Shown here: positions 1 through 9,908 of the stretch, one piece after another
How the letters are laid out: each line of letters begins with the position of its first letter
Numbering within the stretch: position 1 is the stretch's first letter
Origin: an uncultured virus (IMG/VR IMGVR_UViG_3300020578_000049)
Lineage: Duplodnaviria > Heunggongvirae > Uroviricota > Caudoviricetes
IMG/VR virus record: IMGVR_UViG_3300020578_000049
Reading direction: 5' to 3' (one strand)
Length of the DNA: 64,000 bases
Notes under the pieces: model-generated
The model's input: only the letters and a program-made list of their open reading frames with translations
Told to the model about the DNA's origin: nothing
Database searches by the model: none
Made by a program: the position numbers and the translations under genes

Positions 1-168
1 TGGACTACTTTCCCGTTTCATATATAACATACATTATAAGAAAGTATATTGTAAGAGATTTAGATTAAAAATAACACGGACCGACCTTCTCGGACTCCCT
101 TCGGTCGTTGTCAATCCCCCCCGCCCCTTTTTTTCGGATTGTTTATATTTATAATTAAACAAAATACT

Positions 169-963
169 ATGAGAACAATTAATGAATATAATAAAAGATT
201 TTATCAATTAATTGAGTCAACAATGGGGAATGTTAAACCCTTAATAACTGAAGAAGAAAATACGATTTATTCTATTCCACCATTTAACAACTTACCAGAT
301 GAAATAAAAACAAACACCAATGATTTGTTTGATGGTAATGTTGTGAACAACATTATAAATTTAAGTGGTTTAACACAACCTATTAAAATATATCAAATAA
401 AAACCAAATTAAATCTTGGGAATTTAAGTGCAATTTATTGTTTTGTTGACAAATCTGATTATGCTAAGAAATTAAAAATAACAGACATTAAAGATGGTAC
501 AAACTGTTTTGTTTGTAGGTCAAATGGAAATGATTTAAATGATACATCAAATTTTGTTTTACATACAAAACAAGATGGTACTGAAACGGTTTCACAATTT
601 ACCCAAGAAACCTTCAATTTAAGAAATGTTGTTACAACGGGAAATAATGAACAGGCAATCCTTTATCAAACTTATGTTAAATTTAAAGAATATGAACCGT
701 TTAAATCAAACCCAAAAAGTATTTCTTTTAACACAAAAGAAAACCAAGTTAATATGAATTTCAAGGATATAAATGGAAAAGATAGGAATATTATTTTGGC
801 TAGTAGGGGAGCTGAAAATGTCGGAGGGGAAAGATTTTTCTATCTAGGAGCATTCGAGTGTAACGAAACATCTTGCCCACTCAATGATAAAATTACCGTT
901 AGTAATAAATCTCCATTAGTTACTGTTGAATCTTTCCAAAGTAATGGATTAATACCTAAATAG
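169..963 (+). CDS. Hypothetical protein with RFxQLxESxMGxVKPL leader (putative capsid-internal protein)
   Basis: ATG at 169 follows TATTTATA (146-153); leader RFYQLIESTMGNVKPLITEE shared with ORFs 1071 and 4337. Confidence 0.75.
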   Translation: MRTINEYNKRFYQLIESTMGNVKPLITEEENTIYSIPPFNNLPDEIKTNTNDLFDGNVVNNIINLSGLTQPIKIYQIKTKLNLGNLSAIYCFVDKSDYAKKLKITDIKDGTNCFVCRSNGNDLNDTSNFVLHTKQDGTETVSQFTQETFNLRNVVTTGNNEQAILYQTYVKFKEYEPFKSNPKSISFNTKENQVNMNFKDINGKDRNIILASRGAENVGGERFFYLGAFECNETSCPLNDKITVSNKSPLVTVESFQSNGLIPK

Positions 964-973
964 TTTCCCACAA

Positions 974-1040
974 ACACGACCCCCATTTTAAAATAATCCT
1001 AATATTCGTAAAAAAATTTCTGGAAAAATTTTTTAGAAAA
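974..1040. repeat. Intergenic dispersed repeat copy 1 (ACACGACCCCC...AATATTC...A/T tracts)
   Basis: Related copies at 1537 and 3131. Confidence 0.85.
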
Positions 1041-1070
1041 TCTGGGTATTTATTATTAAATAAAATTATT

Positions 1071-1454
1071 ATGGAAAAATATAGATTTAAACAATTATTA
1101 GAATCACAAATGGGGAATGTTAAACCTTTGATAAATGAAGACATAAATGATTTCCCTATTTGTGTTAGGTCTGCGGATGGAGGTAAAGTAACTAGTAATA
1201 AAAACGGAAGTAATTATATATTAGTTAGAAAAGCTCACACAAATGAACATGGTGAAAAACTAGATTATAAATGGTTCAAAGATGGTACTTTAGGTTATGC
1301 TGTGGCTGATGATTACCCCGATAAAGATATGGCCGGTAGAATTGTCGATTCAAAATATTACTATTGTAAATGTGTAAATAAAAAATGTGTTCCTAAAGTT
1401 GTTGATAAACCGAGACAACAACATGAATGTTCCGACCAAAAAAAATGCGATTAA
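1071..1454 (+). CDS. Cys-rich hypothetical protein with leader
   Basis: Leader RFKQLLESQMGNVKPLINE; DFPICVRxAxGGKV module shared with ORF 11493. Confidence 0.75.
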   Translation: MEKYRFKQLLESQMGNVKPLINEDINDFPICVRSADGGKVTSNKNGSNYILVRKAHTNEHGEKLDYKWFKDGTLGYAVADDYPDKDMAGRIVDSKYYYCKCVNKKCVPKVVDKPRQQHECSDQKKCD

Positions 1455-1536
1455 CTTTTTACCCCCCCCCCTTTCAACAACAAATAGGGGGTTTTTTATT
1501 TTCCATAAAACACTCCACTAACGTGTCGGTCTAAAG

Positions 1537-1600
1537 ACACGACCCCCTTCTAGAAAATAACCCCAATATTCAAAAAAAATTTTTTGGAATTTTTTCTGGA
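1537..1600. repeat. Intergenic dispersed repeat copy 2
   Basis: ACACGACCCCC...TAACCCCAATATTC...TTTTTGGAATTTTTT. Confidence 0.85.
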
Positions 1601-1618
1601 AATTCCTATATTTGTTTT

Positions 1619-2107
1619 ATGTCAAAAATATGTAATGTCTGTAATTTACAAAAAGACCAATCTGAATATAGAAATAGAAATACTTGTAAGACCTGTGAAA
1701 ATAAGGAACGTTATAAAAGAAAGAAACTTCAAAGGTTAGATCCGGAATATGATAAGAAGTGTAGGGAGTATGATGTTTTAAGAAAACGAAAAAAAGAACG
1801 TCAGTGTCCCATTACCAATTTCAAACAACTAATAAGACAGTCAGTTAGAAAATCATTCAAACGTAGAGGGTATTCCAAAAAAACAAAAACATATATGATA
1901 TTGGGGGAAGAGTGGAATGTTGTAAAAACACATTTTGAATCTTTATTTCAACCAGGTATGTCCTGGGATAATTATGGTCTTTGGCATATTGACCATATTA
2001 AACCACTATCCCTTGCCAATACCGAAGATGAGGTTATTGGACTATGTCATTATAAAAACCTTCAACCCCTATGGAAAGAAGATAATCTAAAAAAAGGAAG
2101 TAAGTAA
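1619..2107 (+). CDS. HNH homing endonuclease with N-terminal CxxC zinc finger
   Basis: CNVC/CKTC; MSWDNYGLWHIDHIKP...HYKNLQPLWKEDNLKK; host-type TATATTTG at 1607-1614. Confidence 0.85.
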   Translation: MSKICNVCNLQKDQSEYRNRNTCKTCENKERYKRKKLQRLDPEYDKKCREYDVLRKRKKERQCPITNFKQLIRQSVRKSFKRRGYSKKTKTYMILGEEWNVVKTHFESLFQPGMSWDNYGLWHIDHIKPLSLANTEDEVIGLCHYKNLQPLWKEDNLKKGSK

Positions 2108-2147
2108 TTATATTTCTTTTGTTATATTTATTACTAAAGAATATATT

Positions 2148-2687
2148 ATGAATAGAAGTCAATCAAAAATTAGACACATACAAGAAGCTAATAAAAGATT
2201 AGAAAATAAACTAATACTTGAAAAAATTGGGGAACCTCTAACCCCAGAAGCGGCTGGTAGTCAAAAAGCACAATTCACCAAAAAGAAAGCACAATTTTTA
2301 AATTCATACTATAATATAAATTTATCCGCAGCACAAACTGGAAACTGGCAAGATAAAGATTTTAATGATACTTTAAAAAAGTATATGGAAGAAAAACAAA
2401 TTCCAGTTTGGGTTTGTAAAAAAGGTGATGGGTATTGTAACGATGATGCTGAAGGTGAGATTACTGCAAAAGGTGATGATTCAACAAAACTTCTTGATAG
2501 TATGAAAAAAATTGAAAAAGGAAAAGTAAATACAACATTTGATAAGGCGTATGATTATAAATTGGAAAATGGTAAATACTATTTTAAGGGAAAAGAAAAT
2601 ACCCAGTATGTAAAAAAATATCCTAATTGGGTTGAGGCTACTGGTAAGGGTCTTGAATCAATTAAAAGTAAAGTTTCATTTGCTTAA
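2148..2687 (+). CDS. Hypothetical protein with MNRSxxKIxHxQxxNxxLE leader
   Basis: Leader shared with ORF 8128; TATTTAT upstream. Confidence 0.75.
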   Translation: MNRSQSKIRHIQEANKRLENKLILEKIGEPLTPEAAGSQKAQFTKKKAQFLNSYYNINLSAAQTGNWQDKDFNDTLKKYMEEKQIPVWVCKKGDGYCNDDAEGEITAKGDDSTKLLDSMKKIEKGKVNTTFDKAYDYKLENGKYYFKGKENTQYVKKYPNWVEATGKGLESIKSKVSFA

Positions 2688-2811
2688 ATTATCATAATTT
2701 CAATTTTCTTCCTTTTACAATGGGGGTATAAACCGAACCCGGACTTCGTCCGTGATTTTCTTGGTCTTCGGTCTGGCCGCGTTTTTTGAATTGATTAATA
2801 TTTATCTCTAT

Positions 2812-3117
2812 ATTGAAAAAAGTTTATTATGGTTTGTAAGAAGGATGAATAATCCTGAAATATTGAGTTACATAGATAGAATTGTCCGAGAAGGATTTGA
2901 CTATGAGGACCCATGCAATTTTATTGATGATAGGGAGGGTTTTATAAACGTAATTGTTTATGGGTCTAATATAACATTTATAAATTCATATGACGAACTA
3001 AATAATATAAGTCCCGTTGGTGAAGAATTTATTTTTGATTTTATTAAAAAAAAATTTTTAAAAGTTATAACAAACCATTATGATTTTTGGATTTCTGACG
3101 GCTACTGTGATGAATAG
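2812..3117 (+). CDS. Acidic 'RR-family' hypothetical protein, start codon uncertain (ATT)
   Basis: IEKSLLWFVRRM aligns with MDKGLVFLLRRI of ORF 9909; TATTTAT at 2799-2805. Confidence 0.55.
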   Translation: MEKSLLWFVRRMNNPEILSYIDRIVREGFDYEDPCNFIDDREGFINVIVYGSNITFINSYDELNNISPVGEEFIFDFIKKKFLKVITNHYDFWISDGYCDE

Positions 3118-3130
3118 TTTTTCTACAGAA

Positions 3131-3197
3131 ACACGACCCCCATTTATAAATTAACCCCAATATTCAAAAAAAAATTTTTGGAAAATTTTTTCTAAAA
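3131..3197. repeat. Intergenic dispersed repeat copy 3
   Basis: ACACGACCCCC...TAACCCCAATATTC...TTTTTGGAAAATTTTTT. Confidence 0.85.
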
Positions 3198-3246
3198 TTT
3201 TGAGTATTTATAATTAAAATAAAAATAGAAAAAATGTAATAATAAA

Positions 3247-3843
3247 ATGAAAAGATTTTTAGTGACTGAGGATGAGAAAAAACAAATTATGGATTTGTAT
3301 AAACAAGTGATTACTGAGGAATCTGAAGTTGTTAACTCTGTTAGGGTTGCAATGGATGCTAAAAAAGAAATGGAGACAACAGGTATTAACTATAACGTAG
3401 TTAAACTTGACGATGTTGTCGATTCAAACGAACCCACTTGTATTCCACAAACAGATGATGAGACTAATAATGGTATCATTGCAAGGGTTTGGGATTGGGC
3501 CAATAATCCTGAAAATAGAGGTAATCTTAAACAAACTTTATTTTCATTAAAAAACGCAATTTTTAAAGCTAAAGACCAAGTTAAAGGAGATACGTCAACA
3601 ACCCAAACAACAACAGTCCAAGTTAAAGATGAGACTCAACCAATGAATGAACAAGTTGAAACGGCCTTAATAACAATCGCAGGTGTTTCATTAGGACCAA
3701 GTGTTCTTATCGCGATTGGAGCGATTTTACTTATAATTATTATTGTTGCTATAGTTTCTAAAAGTGGAGGTAAAAGACGTTCTTCTTGTAAGAGAAGAAG
3801 TAAATTATTTAAACGTCACGGAATTGACGGAATGTTTATGTAA
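3247..3843 (+). CDS. Membrane protein with leader
   Basis: Leader MKRFLVTEDEKKQIMDLYKQVITEE; C-terminal hydrophobic segment then basic tail. Confidence 0.75.
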   Translation: MKRFLVTEDEKKQIMDLYKQVITEESEVVNSVRVAMDAKKEMETTGINYNVVKLDDVVDSNEPTCIPQTDDETNNGIIARVWDWANNPENRGNLKQTLFSLKNAIFKAKDQVKGDTSTTQTTTVQVKDETQPMNEQVETALITIAGVSLGPSVLIAIGAILLIIIIVAIVSKSGGKRRSSCKRRSKLFKRHGIDGMFM

Positions 3844-3844
3844 T

Positions 3845-4005
3845 ATGAAATATATTATCACTGAATATAAATTAAGAGATGTTATCTACAACTACATAAA
3901 TAATTATTATGATTAGGTACTATGTCAGGTAGTGAATTGGAAGAAAAAAAGGGTGTTGACGATTGTTATAATGTTGAGTTATTAAACAGAAAATATTATA
4001 GATAA
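3845..4005 (+). pseudogene. Truncated/frameshifted leader-bearing gene
   Basis: MKYIITEYKLRDVIYNYINNYYD stops at TAG after 23 codons; a shifted frame continues GTMSGSELEEKKG... Confidence 0.4.
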
Positions 4006-4088
4006 ATAAAAAGTTAATATTTTAAAACCCCATTCTTATCAGTGGGGTTTTTTATTTCCTTTTAAAATATTTCAACTATATATAAATT

Positions 4089-4268
4089 ATGAACAACGAA
4101 CAAAAAGCGCAGAAGTATAATCAACTAATGATTGAATATACAAGAACTCAAAATAAAATCTCTTCAATAAGGGGGGAATCCCTTGAGTTAAACGAAAGAC
4201 AATTAAAAGAAATTCGTGAACTGGAAAATAAGTTAAGATATCTTATGGAAGCGGCATCTCGTTTGTAA
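4089..4268 (+). CDS. Small coiled-coil hypothetical protein (59 aa)
   Basis: Read by eye: MNNEQKAQKYNQLMIEY...EAASRL; followed by terminator-like hairpin. Confidence 0.65.
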   Translation: MNNEQKAQKYNQLMIEYTRTQNKISSIRGESLELNERQLKEIRELENKLRYLMEAASRL

Positions 4269-4336
4269 TTCAATTCCCCATCTAATAAAGAGTGGAGTTT
4301 TTTGTTTTATGATATATTTATATATAAAATTATATT

Positions 4337-4735
4337 ATGGAACTAAATAGATTTAAACAATTATTGGAATCAACAATGGGGGAAGTTAAACCATTAACTG
4401 AACAACCAAAACCAATATCAATACCAAAAGAACCAATAACAATACCAAAAACAGTATCAATACCTCCATCTGATGTTGTCAAGTCAGGACAAACTCCGTC
4501 AGGAAATATAGATTATAAGTCATTCGAAAATCCCAATTTACCTGAATGTATTGACTTCCTTGAAGGTGGTGCTAGTCCTGAACTAACAATTCCACTTAAA
4601 CCCGGTGAAATGCCACGGATTATTCCTTTGATGGACGACGTTTCAATTGGACTAAATGCTCCTCACATTGAAAGATTTATTTTTATGTCAAAAAATGGTA
4701 AGGCGTTTTGTAGAACTCAAATGGAGAAATATTAA
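4337..4735 (+). CDS. Hypothetical protein with leader and PIxIPK repeats
   Basis: Leader RFKQLLESTMGEVKPLTE. Confidence 0.75.
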   Translation: MELNRFKQLLESTMGEVKPLTEQPKPISIPKEPITIPKTVSIPPSDVVKSGQTPSGNIDYKSFENPNLPECIDFLEGGASPELTIPLKPGEMPRIIPLMDDVSIGLNAPHIERFIFMSKNGKAFCRTQMEKY

Positions 4736-4739
4736 AATT

Positions 4740-5234
4740 ATGAAAAAAATTATAAGACTTACAGAATCAGATCTTGCAAGAATTGTTAAAAGAACAATTA
4801 TGGAACTTGATAGGTCCACATATGAAAGAGCCGCAGATAATGCAAATCAAAGAGGTTATTCAAAATTAGGTAATAGATTTCGTGAACACGGAAAAGAATT
4901 TGGTTTAAACCAAGAAACAGGTAATGTTACAATGGTTGTAAAATATAAAGATGAAGAACAAACTTTAAACGTAAGAATTAATAGTGTTGAAGGGGAACCT
5001 AGTTATTCTATGAGTTATGCGATGAAAACAGAAGACCTTGAAACTGGAAATAAAAAAACATTTATGATAAACAAATATCTAGGTGAAATGGAGTTTTATT
5101 TAAGTGGTGATTATCCATCTTTACCAAAAACAAGAACGGATGCTAAAAAGGTCTTAAAAGCTTTTGAAAGTAATGGTATTGATGCTAGTGATATTGACCC
5201 AAGGTCAATATCATATGATGATACCGATTTTTAA
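4740..5234 (+). CDS. Hypothetical protein with MKKIIRLTE leader
   Basis: ATG 4740: MKKIIRLTESDLARIVKRTIME. Confidence 0.75.
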   Translation: MKKIIRLTESDLARIVKRTIMELDRSTYERAADNANQRGYSKLGNRFREHGKEFGLNQETGNVTMVVKYKDEEQTLNVRINSVEGEPSYSMSYAMKTEDLETGNKKTFMINKYLGEMEFYLSGDYPSLPKTRTDAKKVLKAFESNGIDASDIDPRSISYDDTDF

Positions 5235-5240
5235 TTATTT

Positions 5241-5268
5241 AAACCCACCACACAAAGGTGGGTTTTTT
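5241..5268 (+). terminator. Intrinsic terminator
   Basis: AAACCCACC-acacaaa-GGTGGGTTT followed by T tract. Confidence 0.8.
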
Positions 5269-5291
5269 ATTTGTTCTAATATTTATCTTAT

Positions 5292-5576
5292 ATGAAATCA
5301 AAATTATCTAAAGACCAAATATTTTTTATTAGAAGAAAACAAGATATTGAAAGACTTGTTGAGTTGGCTTGTAATTATGGTGCACAAGATGAAGATTTTT
5401 GTAAGTATGATTTTTATGATTACTACGATAATGTTTTAAATGATATTGAAAAAAATTTGGATAGAAATGGTATTATTCCTAATGGATTTCAACAAAAGGT
5501 AATTGAATTTGTTATGACATTTATGTTTGATTATATACATAAACAATACGAATCAAATAAAAGAATGTTGTGTTAA
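5292..5576 (+). CDS. Acidic 'RR-family' hypothetical protein
   Basis: QIFFIRRKQDIERLV; TATTTAT 5 nt before ATG. Confidence 0.7.
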   Translation: MKSKLSKDQIFFIRRKQDIERLVELACNYGAQDEDFCKYDFYDYYDNVLNDIEKNLDRNGIIPNGFQQKVIEFVMTFMFDYIHKQYESNKRMLC

Positions 5577-5577
5577 T

Positions 5578-5931
5578 ATGAAATCCCTAATTAGAAAAAT
5601 CCTTAAAGAAGAATATACACCAACCGAAACTGATTTTTTATATTATGAAGTCCCAAAAAAGTTGGTTGCTCAATTGGGAATTGAATTATTTAAAGAAGAA
5701 GATGTTGTTTACATTACTGAAATTCATTTTGATACGCAAAATGTCCTATTTCAACTTTTTTCTAGATATCCCTTTGTTCATGGTGAAGAAATACATTATG
5801 ATGAAGATAGGAATGTTCCAGGTGACTTTGAATCAAATATATTAATTCCAATTAAAGATTTACCAAAAAGTGTTCTTAATATAATACTAAGAAGATTGGA
5901 CCCAGAATATTTAAAATATATGAATCTATGA
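5578..5931 (+). CDS. Hypothetical protein with leader
   Basis: ATG 5578: MKSLIRKILKEE. Confidence 0.7.
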   Translation: MKSLIRKILKEEYTPTETDFLYYEVPKKLVAQLGIELFKEEDVVYITEIHFDTQNVLFQLFSRYPFVHGEEIHYDEDRNVPGDFESNILIPIKDLPKSVLNIILRRLDPEYLKYMNL

Positions 5932-6533
5932 AAATCCTTATAACTGAAAATCAAATACATTTACTTAGATTACTTGGGCAATTCATTGAAATTGTTGAAG
6001 ATCAGATTGAAGGTTATAAAGCCAATCTTAAATTTGCTTGGTGGTGTAAGGTTTATGATGAAGATAGTTTTACAACAAATCTTATTGATAGATCAATTGA
6101 AGAACTTATTGACCGAAACTGGGATTTTTTTCACGACAACACAGATAAGGGGGGAGCAACTATGGATCTTGAATTGATAGATGATTATGCTAGAGAACAT
6201 TATACCGAGCAAATTATTGATGTATTCAGACGTAAGTGTGGAAGTTCATTAAATGAATCAAAGATTGATTTTGTTAGAAGACTCCCAGCTGTTGAAGAAG
6301 AACTTAATAGACATTTAAAAAGGGTTGACCCCACAAAATTTGATTTCTTTCAACGTTATGTTGAATATCTTGCAAAAGTAACATTAATGTATGTTTCGGA
6401 TAATTTAATAAATCGTGATATTCGTGGAGAAAATTATGATTTATATACCGAATTTAGAAATCACATTATATATGGATTAAGAAATGATATAAGGGACATA
6501 TATGATAGCCGTAAACCTGGTGGTTTATTTTAA
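5928..6533 (+). CDS. Tandem two-domain 'RR-family' protein with leader
   Basis: MKILITENQ leader; internal SLNE then second domain KIDFVRRL. Confidence 0.7.
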   Translation: MKILITENQIHLLRLLGQFIEIVEDQIEGYKANLKFAWWCKVYDEDSFTTNLIDRSIEELIDRNWDFFHDNTDKGGATMDLELIDDYAREHYTEQIIDVFRRKCGSSLNESKIDFVRRLPAVEEELNRHLKRVDPTKFDFFQRYVEYLAKVTLMYVSDNLINRDIRGENYDLYTEFRNHIIYGLRNDIRDIYDSRKPGGLF

Positions 6534-6545
6534 TATTTATAATAT

Positions 6546-6926
6546 ATGAAAATTATTATCACAGAATCTCAATACGAAAGACTACTTGTTGATTTGTCTC
6601 CAGCTTTAAAAAGACGATTGACAGATGAAGATTTGAATACTATTGAAAGATTGGTATTAAAAAATATTAAACACTGCTCATACCCTTATTATGCTGACCA
6701 TTTTGATTTTTTTGTTGATGATATTATTTATCAGACATTACACGAATTTGTTGCGGAATATAAAAGTGATGAAATTGATACCGAATATGACGAAGAATGG
6801 GGTGAAGTATGGATTGAAGATAGTAAAGAAAAAATATTTGACTTATATTGGCCGTTATTTGCAAACATTAAATCTTTATATACCGATAAATTACACGATA
6901 TTTGGAAAGACATATTTAAGAAATGA
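6546..6926 (+). CDS. Acidic 'RR-family' protein with leader
   Basis: MKIIITESQY; LSPALKRRLT; clear paralog of ORF 6923. Confidence 0.75.
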   Translation: MKIIITESQYERLLVDLSPALKRRLTDEDLNTIERLVLKNIKHCSYPYYADHFDFFVDDIIYQTLHEFVAEYKSDEIDTEYDEEWGEVWIEDSKEKIFDLYWPLFANIKSLYTDKLHDIWKDIFKK

Positions 6927-7297
6927 AAAAGTTAATAAAAGAATCGGAACATCTCAAAGGACTATTTGCCAGCCTTCCACCATTTTTAAAAAGGAGGGTT
7001 ACAATTGCTGATTTAAAATGGATTGATGAAGAATTAACCAATTTTATTATCGCAACACCACCGACAGATAAATTTGATAATTTTTGTGATTATGTTCTTG
7101 GTGATTTGCTTCATAATTTTTTGGTTGATAGAAAAGATGAAGAGATTGATACGGTTGAAGACCCGGAATATGGTTTGATATATGATGATGAAAGTCTTGG
7201 TAAAGTTGCATCAATGTATTGGGAATTAATGCCATATCTTAAAAAAAGATATGAAATTAGACTTCATCAAGCTTGGGAAAGAAAGAAACAACAATAA
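6923..7297 (+). CDS. Acidic 'RR-family' protein
   Basis: LPPFLKRRVT...EEIDTVEDPEYG resembles DEIDTEYDEEWG of ORF 6546. Confidence 0.75.
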   Translation: MKKLIKESEHLKGLFASLPPFLKRRVTIADLKWIDEELTNFIIATPPTDKFDNFCDYVLGDLLHNFLVDRKDEEIDTVEDPEYGLIYDDESLGKVASMYWELMPYLKKRYEIRLHQAWERKKQQ

Positions 7298-7322
7298 TAA
7301 CAATATTTATAAATAAACAATT

Positions 7323-7778
7323 ATGGAACAATCACCCTTTGAAAATTTTTCTGATAAACAAATGATTAAGTATATGCGTTACGCATTACCAATCATTAGT
7401 GAACTTGACACACAAATTGAGTATTTCTTTGATGGAATATATGGCCCAGTCGAAAAACAACTTGCAGCACCAATTGGTGGTTCCTTATCGAGACTTGATA
7501 AAGAATATCTTTTTTATTTATATGTAAACAATGAAAATTTTGATGGCGAAACTATTAATAGACCAACACTAAATGAAAGAACCATTAATTTTATTGTAAA
7601 GGAAAGACAAATTACATATACAACATATAGTGAAGATTTACCAACATATGTTGATGAGTACATAGATCAAAGTTATTTATATCATCTAAAAGATAATGAT
7701 GAAATTGAACCTTGGGAATGGGATAGTGATATAGATTATGAGGATTCAGATTATATTGATGATGAATTTGATTATTAA
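7323..7778 (+). CDS. Acidic hypothetical protein
   Basis: ORF with TATTTAT upstream; very D/E-rich C terminus. Confidence 0.7.
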   Translation: MEQSPFENFSDKQMIKYMRYALPIISELDTQIEYFFDGIYGPVEKQLAAPIGGSLSRLDKEYLFYLYVNNENFDGETINRPTLNERTINFIVKERQITYTTYSEDLPTYVDEYIDQSYLYHLKDNDEIEPWEWDSDIDYEDSDYIDDEFDY

Positions 7779-7780
7779 TT

Positions 7781-8086
7781 ATGAATAAGGTACCCCCAGT
7801 TTTTTTAAGAAGATTTAATTCTCATAAATTTGAAAAAATTATGAGAAAAGGTGCTATTCACGCATATTGGAATACAACAAATAGAGAACAATTTAAAAGA
7901 GAATTGGCTTCATCGGCAGCTGATGCTCTTTTATATACGGTACATAGAATTGATCCAGAAACAGAATTAACAAAAGAAGAAATGGATGACATCACTGATT
8001 ATGTTATTGAAATTTTTAATTCATTAATGGATTTATATTATAACAATTTAAGAAAAGAATATCCAATTAGTGGAAAAAACATATAA
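7781..8086 (+). CDS. 'RR-family' hypothetical protein
   Basis: VPPVFLRRF. Confidence 0.7.
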   Translation: MNKVPPVFLRRFNSHKFEKIMRKGAIHAYWNTTNREQFKRELASSAADALLYTVHRIDPETELTKEEMDDITDYVIEIFNSLMDLYYNNLRKEYPISGKNI

Positions 8087-8127
8087 GTTTTTAACTTTAA
8101 TATATATTTATTAATAAAATTAATATT

Positions 8128-8421
8128 ATGAATAGAAGTTTTACAAAAATTAATCATATGCAAAAAGTAAATATGTTACTTGAAAATAGAATGTTACAAT
8201 ATAAAACATTGATAAAAGAAGATACTTCAATACATATCACAAATGAAGATGAAGATGATATCGTATTTAAAACATCTCCAACATCAACAAAAAAATTTTA
8301 TTACAGTTGTAGTACCAAAAAAGTTCAAAGCGAAGGTGGTGGTACAGAATCACCAGTTTTGACAGATGGCGATAAAAAACTTTTAGACTTAAAGTGTCAA
8401 AGTAATAATAAAGCGGTTTAG
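8128..8421 (+). CDS. Hypothetical protein with MNRS leader
   Basis: MNRSFTKINHMQKVNMLLE...LIKE, like ORF 2148. Confidence 0.7.
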   Translation: MNRSFTKINHMQKVNMLLENRMLQYKTLIKEDTSIHITNEDEDDIVFKTSPTSTKKFYYSCSTKKVQSEGGGTESPVLTDGDKKLLDLKCQSNNKAV

Positions 8422-8483
8422 TTTAAAATTTAAAAAAGGAATCTATAGATTCCCTTTTTTTGTTTAAACACTATTTATTATAT

Positions 8484-9239
8484 ATGAAAAACTATATTCT
8501 AACAGAAGAACAATTAACAAGGGTAATAACTGAAGAACGACCAATTAAAAAAGGTGTTGCAATCAAGTATTCACCAGGTAAAGGTGAAGACCCAGTTTAC
8601 CAATCTCATATGTTAGAGTTTAAGGATGAACAAGAATGGCAAGACTACAAAAAATCTCTTCCGAAAAAAAAAGAAATAATTGGTGTTATTGATATTAAAG
8701 AATCAATAAGTGAAAAAAAAAATCCGTTAATTTCTGAATCTGAAAACAAACGCATTGATGCTGGAAAAAAAATCTTATTAAGACATCTTAAAGATGAATA
8801 CCCATTTATTATTAATATTAATATCAGAATAAAAGATGGATTGTTTGGTAATGTTAGTTTCAAGATTGATTTAAATAAATTTTATGATTTTTATAATGTA
8901 ACACCACCAAATGATTATAAAGAATTTGATTTTCTATTACCAAACCTTGAAATTAGTAGATTGTATCTACAAAGTTATGTGGACGATAAGTTTAAAAACG
9001 ATTTTGGTTACGAATTTAATAGAAAGTTAGAAAAGTTTATGGATGATATTTACATACATTTACCAGAAAATATGATAAACTATAAGTTTGAAGGATTTTC
9101 AGATGAAGATTTTGAAACTGACGAATTTAGCACTAGAGATGTAAGTTTTTATAAAAGATGGCAAGGTGAAAAAGAACCGATTGAATTAAAAGTTGATGAT
9201 TACTTACCAGTAGTTGATTTAACTAAAATAAAATTTTAA
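8484..9239 (+). CDS. Hypothetical protein with leader
   Basis: ATG 8484: MKNYILTEEQLTRVITEE; TATTTAT 5 nt upstream. Confidence 0.7.
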   Translation: MKNYILTEEQLTRVITEERPIKKGVAIKYSPGKGEDPVYQSHMLEFKDEQEWQDYKKSLPKKKEIIGVIDIKESISEKKNPLISESENKRIDAGKKILLRHLKDEYPFIININIRIKDGLFGNVSFKIDLNKFYDFYNVTPPNDYKEFDFLLPNLEISRLYLQSYVDDKFKNDFGYEFNRKLEKFMDDIYIHLPENMINYKFEGFSDEDFETDEFSTRDVSFYKRWQGEKEPIELKVDDYLPVVDLTKIKF

Positions 9240-9281
9240 ACAAAAATCTTTATAAATTTATATTTTTTTATAATTTTAATT

Positions 9282-9836
9282 ATGGTTAAAGAATATGATA
9301 ATTTTATTTCAGATATTATTTGTGACCGACTTATTAAAATATCCTACAAAAATTTATCTGAAGCAGAAGTTTTAGGTGAAAAGATAGATGGATATAGAAC
9401 AGCAAATAGTTGTTGGTTATACGATGATGATTACGATATTGTAAAAAATTATAGACAGAAAATTTCTGAATTGGTTAATTTACCAATTGAAAATATGGAA
9501 TCATTACATATTGTTTCATATGATGTTGGTGGTGAATATAAAGAACATCACGATTTTTTCCATCCAACTGAAGAATATTTTGAAAATACCATATCTGCTG
9601 GAGGACAAAGAACAAAAACTTGTCTTCTTTATTTAAACGATTCATTTGAAGGTGGTGAAACTGAATTTATAAATTTAGGAATAAAAATAAAACCAAAAAT
9701 TGGTAAACTTATTGTTTGGGATAATTTAAATGAAGATGGGTCTTTAGATTATGATAGTTTACACGCAGGATTACCGGTTATTGAAGGAAAAAAATTTATT
9801 GCTGTTATATGGATAAGGGAAAATAAATTTATTTAA
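9282..9836 (+). CDS. Prolyl 4-hydroxylase-like 2OG-Fe(II) oxygenase
   Basis: Fe ligands HHD...LHAG; YLND..EGGETEF; KFIAVIWIR. Confidence 0.88.
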   Translation: MVKEYDNFISDIICDRLIKISYKNLSEAEVLGEKIDGYRTANSCWLYDDDYDIVKNYRQKISELVNLPIENMESLHIVSYDVGGEYKEHHDFFHPTEEYFENTISAGGQRTKTCLLYLNDSFEGGETEFINLGIKIKPKIGKLIVWDNLNEDGSLDYDSLHAGLPVIEGKKFIAVIWIRENKFI

Positions 9837-9908
9837 TATAAAAAAATATAAAATTTAACCTCATCTTTACGATGAGGTTTTTTTATTAATATTAGTATTT
9901 ATTAAAAT

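Noticed and set aside
974..3197. Dispersed repeats as CRISPR or IS ends
   Set aside because: Separated by whole genes, imperfect, direct orientation, no cas or transposase
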